Shown here: positions 7,043 to 14,560 of the stretch, piece after piece
Layout of the letters: each line of letters begins with the position of its first letter
Position numbering within the stretch: the first letter of the stretch is position 1
Assembly (NCBI GenBank): GCA_038127595.1
Contig: JAYPIC010000003.1
Span: forward strand, 27,064-55,928
Source of the DNA: a bacterium
GTDB lineage: Bacteria > Fidelibacterota > Marinisomatia > Marinisomatales > UBA1611
Length of the DNA: 28,865 bases
Direction: 5' to 3'
Notes under the pieces: model-generated
What the model was told of the DNA's origin: nothing
The model's input: the letters and a program-made list of their open reading frames with translations, nothing else
Database searches by the model: none
Position numbers and translations under genes: made by a program

Positions 7043-10022
7043 AACTAATGGTTTTAGTTTTTTCTACCCATTCTCTTAAGCTAGCAATCTTATTAATATT
7101 AATGTTATACACACCAAAAGCTTGCTCTACTTTACCATGAATGATAAATAATGTCTCCCAGTGTATGATATCACCAAATTCAGAAAACACCTTAGGAAAT
7201 AAAATACATTCATATACATCTGTCTCATCTTCTAGTGTCAAAAACTGCATGGGCTCATTAGCACTTGTTTGTGTCTCTTTTCTAGTGATATACATACCTA
7301 AAAGATAAATGTGCTTCCCTAATTTATTTGGTATATCTCTTGCAAAAGAAATACGTTTACTAACAATTGGGCGGTAAGGCTGTAGTGGATGAAGACTAAT
7401 TGGATATCCAAAGGTTTCAATCTCTAAACGATATATTTCATCAACAGAGAGATCATTTTTAATCGGTCCAAAACGCAGTGGCTCATTATCATTCTTATCA
7501 TTAAGGTAAAATTCAGCAACTATGTAAGCAATTTCCCTGTGACTTAGCTCACAACAAATATTTTTAAAACACTGTGCATTTGTCAACACCATTGCATCAG
7601 ACAAATCTAGCTTAACCCGAAATAGAAAATCATCTAACGATTGAAATGGGCTAGACTTCCGCTCAGCTAAAATTGTTTTGATTGTACTTTTCTTCAATTT
7701 CTGAATGCTCATAAATCCCATTCTAATTTGATTTTTTGCGCCAATCCATTCATACTTACTCTCGTTGATGTCTGGTAGTTTTATCATAATACCAAATCGT
7801 TTTGCTTCACTCATGTAAGCATATGAAGAATAATATCCTCCCTGATTTGATATTACTGAAGCAATAAATTCTGCTGTGAAATGACTTTTTAGGTAAGCAC
7901 AAGTGAATGCAAGCATAGCATAAGAAGCGGAATGAGGTTTGCAAAAAGAAAAACCTTTAAAAGATGATATCATCTCCCAAGCCTGCTCAATGATATCATT
8001 ACTATAACCTCTTTTCATTGCCTTGATAAAAAACGTTTCTCTCCAATATTCTATTTTAATTTTATCAGAATTTCGTGAAATCACTTTCCGCAAATTGTTT
8101 GCATCTAGATAGCCTAAACCGGTCATTATCATAACAACCATTGAAACTTGTTCTTCATAAACCATAATGCCATATGTCTCTTTTAGACATTCTAGATCTT
8201 GATGGAGGATATCCCATTTATCACCATGTATACGTTCTAACATTACATTTATAAAACGATTAGCTGCCGGACGAATTATAGATGAAAAAATAACAATATG
8301 CTCAAAATCCACAACTTTTGCCCTTGCCATCAACTGTCTGACGGATGGGCTTTCAATATAAAAAACACCTATCGTCTTCCCTGCTTTCATCATATTCTTT
8401 GTCTTGATATCTTCAACAGGTTGTATTTTATGATAGTTAATATATGGATCATCATTTGTGATCGATTGAAGATTGATCTGTTTTATGGTGTCTCTTACAA
8501 CAGCTAGACTTCGATTACCTAATAAGTCAATTTTAAGCAGTCCAGAATCTTCAACTTGATCCTTTTCCCATTCTACTATTTGCACTCCTTTTGGAGCTTT
8601 TAGAACAGGAACATATTTGTATATCTCATCAGGTACAATCACAATGCCTCCTGGATGTACTGAAGAATGTCTAAATACGCCCAAAATCTTCTCACTACTC
8701 TTCAATACATCTTGTAATCTTTCATCAATGTCAACCTCAGAGAACCTGCTATCTTTTTGAACTTGATCTTTTAAATTTCTACTAAAAGTAAATGACCTCA
8801 CACGCTTTGTTATGCTATTAATCTGTTCATTTGAGAACCCATACACTTTGCTAACTTCCCGAATTGTTGAACGTGGTTTTAAAAATACTTGATTTGAAAC
8901 CATTGCAGTACGATGATTACCATATTTTTTAAAAACATAGTCAATTATATTATCACGCTCATCCCAAGGAAAATCTATATCAATATCAGGCATACACACT
9001 CTTTCAGGGTGAATAAAACGATCAAATGATAGGTTATATTTAATTGGGTCAACCTGAGTAATAAAAAGACAATAACTAACCACAGATGCGGCAGCAGATC
9101 CTCTACCAATTGTTGATTTAGTTTGAGAGACAATGTCTTTTACGATTAAAAAATATGGAGCAAAACCTTTCTGCACAATAAGGTTCAATTCATGTTCAAT
9201 GCGAATACTTATCGCACTTGATATCTCTCCATACCGTATTGCAGCACCCTCGTAGGTGTACTTGTTTAATTTTTTGTTCGCTTGAAACGTATCTTTCAAT
9301 GATAACCCAGGGAAGATAGTATTAATAAATGCCCAATTATCTTTGCACCGTTTTGCTAAATAGTGGCTATTATTAATCGCATCCAAGCTATTTGGAAACA
9401 GGTCTATCATATCAGATTCGTTTCTAAACCAATGCTCCTCATTCTTGTACTCATTCCTAACCAAATCATCTAATGTACTATTGAGGTCAATTGCTCGAAG
9501 TGTCTTATGATATATGTGGTCTAATCCGTTCTTAAAATAGACGTCTGCTGTCGCAATCATTTCTAGTTTGTATTTTTTTGATAATTTCCTTGCTGTAGGC
9601 TCCTGCATTCCCGGACGCAATTCAACAAAAAGCCTGTCATTAGGGATAATGTCTTTTAAAGATTTGAGTGAAGATGATTTATGTGCGAGAATAAATAAAC
9701 CACTTGAATATTTTTTTAACATATCTCCAGCAGAACGATTTGGGTCTGAGTAACAATCAGTAATTAAGCGGCACATGTTCTCATAACCAATGTCATTTTC
9801 TACTAGAATCACAACCTCATCAATATTTGTTATAAGATTAACTCCCGCAATTGGCCTAATATTTTTTGACTGAGAAGCTTGAACGAAATTTATAAATCCT
9901 CTAACTGTGTTCACATCCGTCAACGCCACATGTTGAGACTCATTTAATGTAATTATCTCTTCGAGTCTGAGCGTACTCCTCATTTTTGAATAAATTGAAT
10001 GAATATTTAAATGAGTAAACAT
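7035..10022 (-). CDS. dnaE2: Error-prone DNA polymerase III alpha (DnaE2/ImuC-type C-family polymerase)
   Basis: PHP start THLNIHSIYS and ALTD; GRGSAAAS; catalytic PDIDIDF; HPGG; KIDLLG; FSFCKPHSASY; OB fold FLTLEDET. Short (995 aa) and directly downstream of lexA-imuB. Confidence 0.88.
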   Translation of the reverse strand: MFTHLNIHSIYSKMRSTLRLEEIITLNESQHVALTDVNTVRGFINFVQASQSKNIRPIAGVNLITNIDEVVILVENDIGYENMCRLITDCYSDPNRSAGDMLKKYSSGLFILAHKSSSLKSLKDIIPNDRLFVELRPGMQEPTARKLSKKYKLEMIATADVYFKNGLDHIYHKTLRAIDLNSTLDDLVRNEYKNEEHWFRNESDMIDLFPNSLDAINNSHYLAKRCKDNWAFINTIFPGLSLKDTFQANKKLNKYTYEGAAIRYGEISSAISIRIEHELNLIVQKGFAPYFLIVKDIVSQTKSTIGRGSAAASVVSYCLFITQVDPIKYNLSFDRFIHPERVCMPDIDIDFPWDERDNIIDYVFKKYGNHRTAMVSNQVFLKPRSTIREVSKVYGFSNEQINSITKRVRSFTFSRNLKDQVQKDSRFSEVDIDERLQDVLKSSEKILGVFRHSSVHPGGIVIVPDEIYKYVPVLKAPKGVQIVEWEKDQVEDSGLLKIDLLGNRSLAVVRDTIKQINLQSITNDDPYINYHKIQPVEDIKTKNMMKAGKTIGVFYIESPSVRQLMARAKVVDFEHIVIFSSIIRPAANRFINVMLERIHGDKWDILHQDLECLKETYGIMVYEEQVSMVVMIMTGLGYLDANNLRKVISRNSDKIKIEYWRETFFIKAMKRGYSNDIIEQAWEMISSFKGFSFCKPHSASYAMLAFTCAYLKSHFTAEFIASVISNQGGYYSSYAYMSEAKRFGIMIKLPDINESKYEWIGAKNQIRMGFMSIQKLKKSTIKTILAERKSSPFQSLDDFLFRVKLDLSDAMVLTNAQCFKNICCELSHREIAYIVAEFYLNDKNDNEPLRFGPIKNDLSVDEIYRLEIETFGYPISLHPLQPYRPIVSKRISFARDIPNKLGKHIYLLGMYITRKETQTSANEPMQFLTLEDETDVYECILFPKVFSEFGDIIHWETLFIIHGKVEQAFGVYNININKIASLREWVEKTKTISFT

Positions 10023-10060
10023 AATAATTAAACTATAAGAGCAATAATTTTAAGATTTAC

Positions 10061-11227
10061 TCAATGACCTAAAGCGTGTAAGACATTTGCTTTTTTAATA
10101 GAAGTAATACCGTACTTATGACGTATGACTTCTACAGCTCTTGATATTTCCATATCACGCGATTCAGGTATGTAAAATAAATTTCTTTGTTCAACATAAG
10201 GTCTTAATTGACTGACATCCAATAGGATACTTCGTATCGAAATACGCCTCGTGTTTGCTTTAAGAAATAATTCTTTACATTTTTTACCAACAGATGCATC
10301 ATCTGGATGATCTACTCCTCCAACTTTACTAGAGCTAAATCCATCAATATAATGAATCTCGAGTCTAATATTTTTTGATACTTGACCACGCTCTCTTAAA
10401 ATAAATGCTATTTTCTCAGATAGGTCTTGAACCGCAGATAATAACATATCTTCACTATTAGTATTTTTTGGCAAAATTATTTGTTCTAATAAATGATCTT
10501 TTAAAATAGGTGGTCTTACTAATGAAGTATCTACTCCCACTGTTTCGTTTGCTAATTGAATGGAATGTGTTCCAAAAAGAGTACGAAAATCATCAGCGTG
10601 TTTTGATAATGTCTGAAGTTGAGCTATTCTATCGATTAATAGAAAATAAAGTACTTTACATACTGGTTTCAGTCTAGCAGTTGGTAGAACCTTAAAGCTT
10701 AAAGGGGCAAGAAAGCGATCTTCCATACCAGGAGTAACTTCGTGGATATTATCAGGAATAACATTCGTTATAATTTTACTAATGAGTTTGTTAGCACCAA
10801 TACCCATTATGGATATAAGGCTAATACGGCTTTCTACTTTTTTTAAAATAGACAAGCCAATGTCTTTTATATCTTTATTCAAAAAAGACATACCTTTCAT
10901 ATCCATATAAAAACCACTTATACCACTTGGTTCTATAACTGGCGAAAAGCTAGACAAGGTATCATATGTATACTTATTTACTCGCTGGTATAAAGGACGG
11001 TTATATGGCAAAAATTGAACTGCACTTTTTTTCTTTTTTGCTATGGAGACTTTCATCCCCTTATATAAACCTTCTTGCTCTGCTTCATGAGATAATGATA
11101 TAATAGTGCCATTGCTATCTGAAGAAGAGATAATAGCAATTGCCCGGGTTTTTAGAGTCGGGTCAATTGCCCTTTCAGCTTGTAACTCTATGGAATCTAG
11201 ATTTAAATAAAATACTTCAGGTAACAT
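10061..11227 (-). CDS. imuB: ImuB-like, probably inactive Y-family polymerase
   Basis: Y-family fold motifs (LSHEAEQEGLYKGM, GIGANKLISKI) but catalytic acids lost (YLNLDS in place of HxDMD; PSGISG in place of SIDE). Clamp-like motif QRNLF and RecA-N-terminal-like tail RAVEVIRHKYG. Confidence 0.8.
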   Translation of the reverse strand: MLPEVFYLNLDSIELQAERAIDPTLKTRAIAIISSSDSNGTIISLSHEAEQEGLYKGMKVSIAKKKKSAVQFLPYNRPLYQRVNKYTYDTLSSFSPVIEPSGISGFYMDMKGMSFLNKDIKDIGLSILKKVESRISLISIMGIGANKLISKIITNVIPDNIHEVTPGMEDRFLAPLSFKVLPTARLKPVCKVLYFLLIDRIAQLQTLSKHADDFRTLFGTHSIQLANETVGVDTSLVRPPILKDHLLEQIILPKNTNSEDMLLSAVQDLSEKIAFILRERGQVSKNIRLEIHYIDGFSSSKVGGVDHPDDASVGKKCKELFLKANTRRISIRSILLDVSQLRPYVEQRNLFYIPESRDMEISRAVEVIRHKYGITSIKKANVLHALGH

Positions 11228-11239
11228 TCACGGCGTATA

Positions 11240-11854
11240 CTAGCTAGGATATTCTCTGAAAGAATATAAAAGCACGCCATTTATGTGAAATTTATCAGTT
11301 TCTTTAATTGTAATAATTGGGAATTCAGGATTCCGAGGATGTAACTCAACATGATTTGATTTAGGTACATAACATTTGAGTGTAGCTTCATCATTAATGA
11401 TCGCGACTACAATCTGCCCTGATCTAGCAGATGCTGTCTTTTTTACTACAATGTAATCCCCATCTTGAATGTGTTCATCTATCATTGATTGACCTCGAAC
11501 CTGTAAGACAAAATTATCAGGATGAACTAATGATGATGGTACTGTAATACTATTTGGTGTTTCTAATGCTTCGATAGGTTCACCTGCTGCAATGAGCCCT
11601 AATAACGGCAAACAAGCCTCGGGATGCGTGGCGTGCTCTTGAGTTAATGTTAGTGCTCGTTTGCCGTTAGATCCTTTTGTTCGATATAGGTGTCCTTGTT
11701 CCTCAAGAGTCTTAACATACCAATTCACCGTCCCTAAAGATTTAAAACCAAGCCCTATCATTATCTCATCATATGTAGGTGCTTCATTTTGCATAAGGGT
11801 AAAATTATTTATGAAATCCAAGAATTTCTTTTGCTTTAGGGACAGTGATTTCAT
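11240..11854 (-). CDS. lexA: LexA repressor
   Basis: wHTH PTYDEIMIGLGFKSLGTV; Ala-Gly cleavage site IAAGEP; catalytic Ser (VRGQSM) and Lys (ATLK). Confidence 0.95.
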   Translation of the reverse strand: MKSLSLKQKKFLDFINNFTLMQNEAPTYDEIMIGLGFKSLGTVNWYVKTLEEQGHLYRTKGSNGKRALTLTQEHATHPEACLPLLGLIAAGEPIEALETPNSITVPSSLVHPDNFVLQVRGQSMIDEHIQDGDYIVVKKTASARSGQIVVAIINDEATLKCYVPKSNHVELHPRNPEFPIITIKETDKFHINGVLLYSFREYPS

Positions 11855-11865
11855 GACGTTAAATA

Positions 11866-12006
11866 TTAATTAGCTTGTTCTTTTAATAACGGATTATATA
11901 ACCCGTATGAACTGTTCTCATTCATTTCATATTTTTTAATACGACTAATTGCACGCATGACTATTAATGAATTTTCTCTTTGCTTTTTATTTTTTAATCT
12001 AAACAT
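11866..12006 (-). CDS. Putative 46-aa small protein upstream of lexA
   Basis: Manual translation MFRLKNKKQRENSLIVMRAISRIKKYEMNENSSYGLYNPLLKEQAN*. Fills the space between the promoter and lexA and stops 11 nt before the lexA ATG. No homology evidence. Confidence 0.45.
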   Translation of the reverse strand: MFRLKNKKQRENSLIVMRAISRIKKYEMNENSSYGLYNPLLKEQAN

Positions 12007-12012
12007 TTTATA

Positions 12013-12034
12013 TACTCGTAAGTTACTCGTAAGT
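12013..12034 (-). promoter_or_regulatory. Candidate LexA operator: perfect 11-bp tandem repeat
   Basis: Plus strand TACTCGTAAGT-TACTCGTAAGT, directly 3' of the predicted -10 on the minus strand and covering the expected transcription start. Confidence 0.55.
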
Positions 12035-12064
12035 ATTTTATAAAAGAATATTGATATAAGTCAA
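12035..12064 (-). promoter_or_regulatory. Sigma70-like promoter of the lexA-imuB-dnaE2 operon
   Basis: Minus strand TTGACT (12064-12059), 18-nt spacer, TAAAAT (12040-12035). Confidence 0.55.
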
Positions 12065-12077
12065 CTACTGAAATGAT

Positions 12078-12305
12078 CTAAACTATATTATTGCTTATAA
12101 GATCGTCTATTTCGCTATGTTCAGGAAACCGACCGAGAGATTTTTTAGAGAAGATAAGCTTTTCATCAAGGCGCACCTCAAATACGCCTCCACCACTTGA
12201 AATAAGTTCTACTTGAGCGTCATACTTACTCTTTAAATATTCCTCCAAACTGGAGGCTTTAGGTAAGTAGTTTCAAACGTTACAATATTCTATAGATATT
12301 TTCAT
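12078..12305 (-). CDS. SelW/SelT/SelH (Rdx family) selenoprotein with in-frame TGA (Sec11)
   Basis: Manual translation MKISIEYCNV-U-NYLPKASSLEEYLKSKYDAQVELISSGGGVFEVRLDEKLIFSKKSLGRFPEHSEIDDLISNNIV*. CxxU plus GGGVFEV, IFSK and GRFP are Rdx hallmarks; TGA at 12275-12273. Missed by the ORF track. Confidence 0.92.
12223..12269 (-). promoter_or_regulatory. Bacterial SECIS-like hairpin
   Basis: 3' of the UGA: TACTTAC-c-TAAA-g-CCTCCA-GTT-TGGAGG-aata-TTTA-aaga-GTAAGTA. G-containing apical loop about 21-22 nt from the UGA. Confidence 0.75.
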
Positions 12306-12336
12306 AATATTTATTTTATATGTGCTTCTATATTAA

Positions 12337-13146
12337 TTAAAACTCATAGGCTAAGCGAGTTTTAATTTTACCAGTTGGCTGTAATATGAAAGATAGATTT
12401 ACTTTATTATTATTTTTTGTGTACCACTTAGGAACAAGTACCCCAATTGCACTACCCACTAGATAACCCGCTACTACGTCTGAAAGAAAATGTTTACCTG
12501 CATCATAACGACAATACGCTGTGTATGCAGGAACTAAAAATGCTGATGCCCATAAATACGGTGAAATGTTGCTTCCAGGTCTATAATCCTCATGCATACT
12601 AGCCATTAGAAACCATGAAACTGCAGAAATAGATGTATGCCCTGAAAAAAAACTTTTTCTATTATCTTTTTTCAATTTGTAATTATCCGATGCATTGTCT
12701 GCGTACAAATATGGTCGCGGCCGACCTACTAATACTTTAGTGAAATTTGTAAAACCTAAGGTTAAAAAAAGGCTTTGAGCCCAAACAAAAGAGAAATTGC
12801 GATAATCGCTTCTAATTTCTTGATCAAACATCAATAATCCAGGTACAGCAATACTAGAAAATAATAATAGATCACTCACTTTTATACTGCCCACATTCCA
12901 ATTATCTATTGCCCTAGAATCATAATCAGGTATGTCACTAGGTTTTAAACCAGCTATCTCACTTAAATCCATCGGCGTATAGTCCATTAGCATAGAGCCT
13001 AATAATAATCCGCCACTAATCCCTGCAATTTTCATATCTAGGTTTCTTGATATATTATACGGGGAGTTGTTTTTCCCCTGCCCTTTAGCTAAAACGGATA
13101 AAATAGCTACAAGAAGGAATACTCTTTGTGCCAGCTTAATTATCAT
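12337..13146 (-). CDS. PAP2 superfamily phosphatase
   Basis: KVLVGRPRP, SFFSGH and RYDAGKHFLSDVVAG match the three PAP2 motifs; N-terminal signal peptide. Confidence 0.9.
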   Translation of the reverse strand: MIIKLAQRVFLLVAILSVLAKGQGKNNSPYNISRNLDMKIAGISGGLLLGSMLMDYTPMDLSEIAGLKPSDIPDYDSRAIDNWNVGSIKVSDLLLFSSIAVPGLLMFDQEIRSDYRNFSFVWAQSLFLTLGFTNFTKVLVGRPRPYLYADNASDNYKLKKDNRKSFFSGHTSISAVSWFLMASMHEDYRPGSNISPYLWASAFLVPAYTAYCRYDAGKHFLSDVVAGYLVGSAIGVLVPKWYTKNNNKVNLSFILQPTGKIKTRLAYEF

Positions 13147-13251
13147 GCGTATGATTCCATAATATTTACGTTATAATATTACGCTACTCAATTAAAACAT
13201 TCTTAATGTTTTCATCCTTTGCGAAAGCAAAAAAGCTCTAGCATTTAATCT

Positions 13252-13280
13252 TTAACTGTCCAAAAAATTTTAAGTAAAAT
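13252..13280 (+). promoter_or_regulatory. Possible sigma70-like promoter for the lysA operon
   Basis: TTAACT, 17-nt spacer, TAAAAT, ending 26 nt before the lysA ATG. Weak evidence in AT-rich DNA. Confidence 0.35.
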
Positions 13281-13306
13281 TCGTATATACAATAATACAT
13301 GCAAAA

Positions 13307-14560
13307 ATGATTAATCACCCTCTATCAAACATTATTTCACAGACAAAATTATTAGAAGCACTTGCAGATCAATATGGCACGCCTACTTATGTCTACTCGA
13401 AAAGTAGGTTAGAGCATAATATTAGTGAATTGCTGAGAGCGATAAGTATGAGTTTTGCTAACTACCAGATATACTATGCCGTAAAAGCAAATAGCAACAT
13501 TAACATTATTAAAATACTTAAAAATAAATTTAATGACCTGGGATGTGACTGTTCTAGTCCAGGAGAATTATTCGCGGCAGAAAAAGCAAACGTTAACATG
13601 TCAGACTGTGTTTACACGGGTAATTATGAGTCAATAGAAGACCTTAAGACCGCATTTAATGCAGGAGCAGAAATTAATTTGGATGACTTAAATTCTTTTA
13701 ATAGGCTGAAAACAATTGGAGTGCCTGAATACGTAAGCTTCAGACTAAACCCAGGAAAAGGGCATGGACAATTTAAAGGTATTATTACAGGCGGAAAAGA
13801 TTCAAAATTTGGTATTCCGAAAGAGAATATTGTTGAAGCCTATAAAAAAGCAAAAAGTTTTGGAGTAAAAAGGTTTGGACTTCAATGCCACGCTGGATCT
13901 TCTACACTTGATGCAGATACATTCAGTGATATAACCGAGCAGATATTAAAATCTGCAAGAGAAGTCGAAAATTCTTTAGAACGAAAACTAGAAAAGATTA
14001 GTATTGGAAGTGGATTTGGGATCCCTTACCGAGATGAGGAAAGGCCTGTAAATCTTCAAAAATTATTTAAAAATATAAGCCTAGTATTTAAAGGTTACTA
14101 CGGAGATGATAATAAAAATTGGCCAACACTATGTATTGAGCCCGGGAGAATATTAGTTGCTGATACTGGATTCATACTAACTAGAGTAACTGGAACTAAG
14201 TCTTCTTATAAACAATTTATTGGCCTTGATGCAGGAATGGAAACATTAATGCGACCAGCTCTTTATGGAGCTTTCCATCGAGTGCAAAAAATCGGTGAAA
14301 ACGATGGTAAAACTCTTAAATATGACATTACAGGAAGAATATGCGAAAATACAGACCGCATATCTAGAGATTACGATATGCCAACTATAAATGAAGAGGA
14401 ACTTTGTGCGATAATGGATAGTGGAGCATATGGGTACTCAATGTCACATAATTTTAATACAAGGCCGCGTCCAGCAGAGGTTTTAATTGATGAAGAAAAA
14501 TTAGTCTTAATCAGAGAAAGAGAATCAATCGAAGACATATTTAGAGGATGCAATGTATAA
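13307..14560 (+). CDS. lysA: Diaminopimelate decarboxylase
   Basis: YGTPTYVY, PLP lysine YAVKAN, SPGEL, SKFGI, HAGS, GSGFG, EPGRILV, RPALYG, GRICENTD, GAYGYSM...FNTRPRPAEV. Confidence 0.92.
   Translation: MINHPLSNIISQTKLLEALADQYGTPTYVYSKSRLEHNISELLRAISMSFANYQIYYAVKANSNINIIKILKNKFNDLGCDCSSPGELFAAEKANVNMSDCVYTGNYESIEDLKTAFNAGAEINLDDLNSFNRLKTIGVPEYVSFRLNPGKGHGQFKGIITGGKDSKFGIPKENIVEAYKKAKSFGVKRFGLQCHAGSSTLDADTFSDITEQILKSAREVENSLERKLEKISIGSGFGIPYRDEERPVNLQKLFKNISLVFKGYYGDDNKNWPTLCIEPGRILVADTGFILTRVTGTKSSYKQFIGLDAGMETLMRPALYGAFHRVQKIGENDGKTLKYDITGRICENTDRISRDYDMPTINEEELCAIMDSGAYGYSMSHNFNTRPRPAEVLIDEEKLVLIRERESIEDIFRGCNV

Noticed and set aside
10061..11227. Active DinB (Pol IV) call
   Set aside because: Catalytic acidic residues are missing; ImuB-like fits better.
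8298..11873. Antisense ORFs 8298..8507, 9568..9753, 11661..11873
   Set aside because: Overlap dnaE2 or lexA on the opposite strand with no coding signal.
11909..11917. GAACTGTTC as a Gram-positive-type SOS box
   Set aside because: Spacing is N1, not the GAAC-N4-GTTC consensus.
7035..12064. SOS cassette as part of a prophage or mobile element
   Set aside because: No integrase, transposase, att-like repeats or phage genes nearby; dnaE2 overlaps the neighbouring chromosomal gene.
12273..12275. TGA as a pseudogene stop or alternative genetic code
   Set aside because: It sits at the CxxU position with a downstream hairpin and intact remainder, and TGA is a normal stop in neighbouring genes.
13161..13183. 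AATATTTACG/AATATTACG repeat as a second copy of the candidate LexA box
   Set aside because: Shares only TTACG and has 13-bp rather than 11-bp period.
13147..13306. Lysine riboswitch or ncRNA upstream of lysA, including TTTGC-GAAA-GCAAA at 13218-13231
   Set aside because: Region is 160 nt, very AT-rich and shared by divergent promoters; only a 5-bp hairpin, which could be chance.
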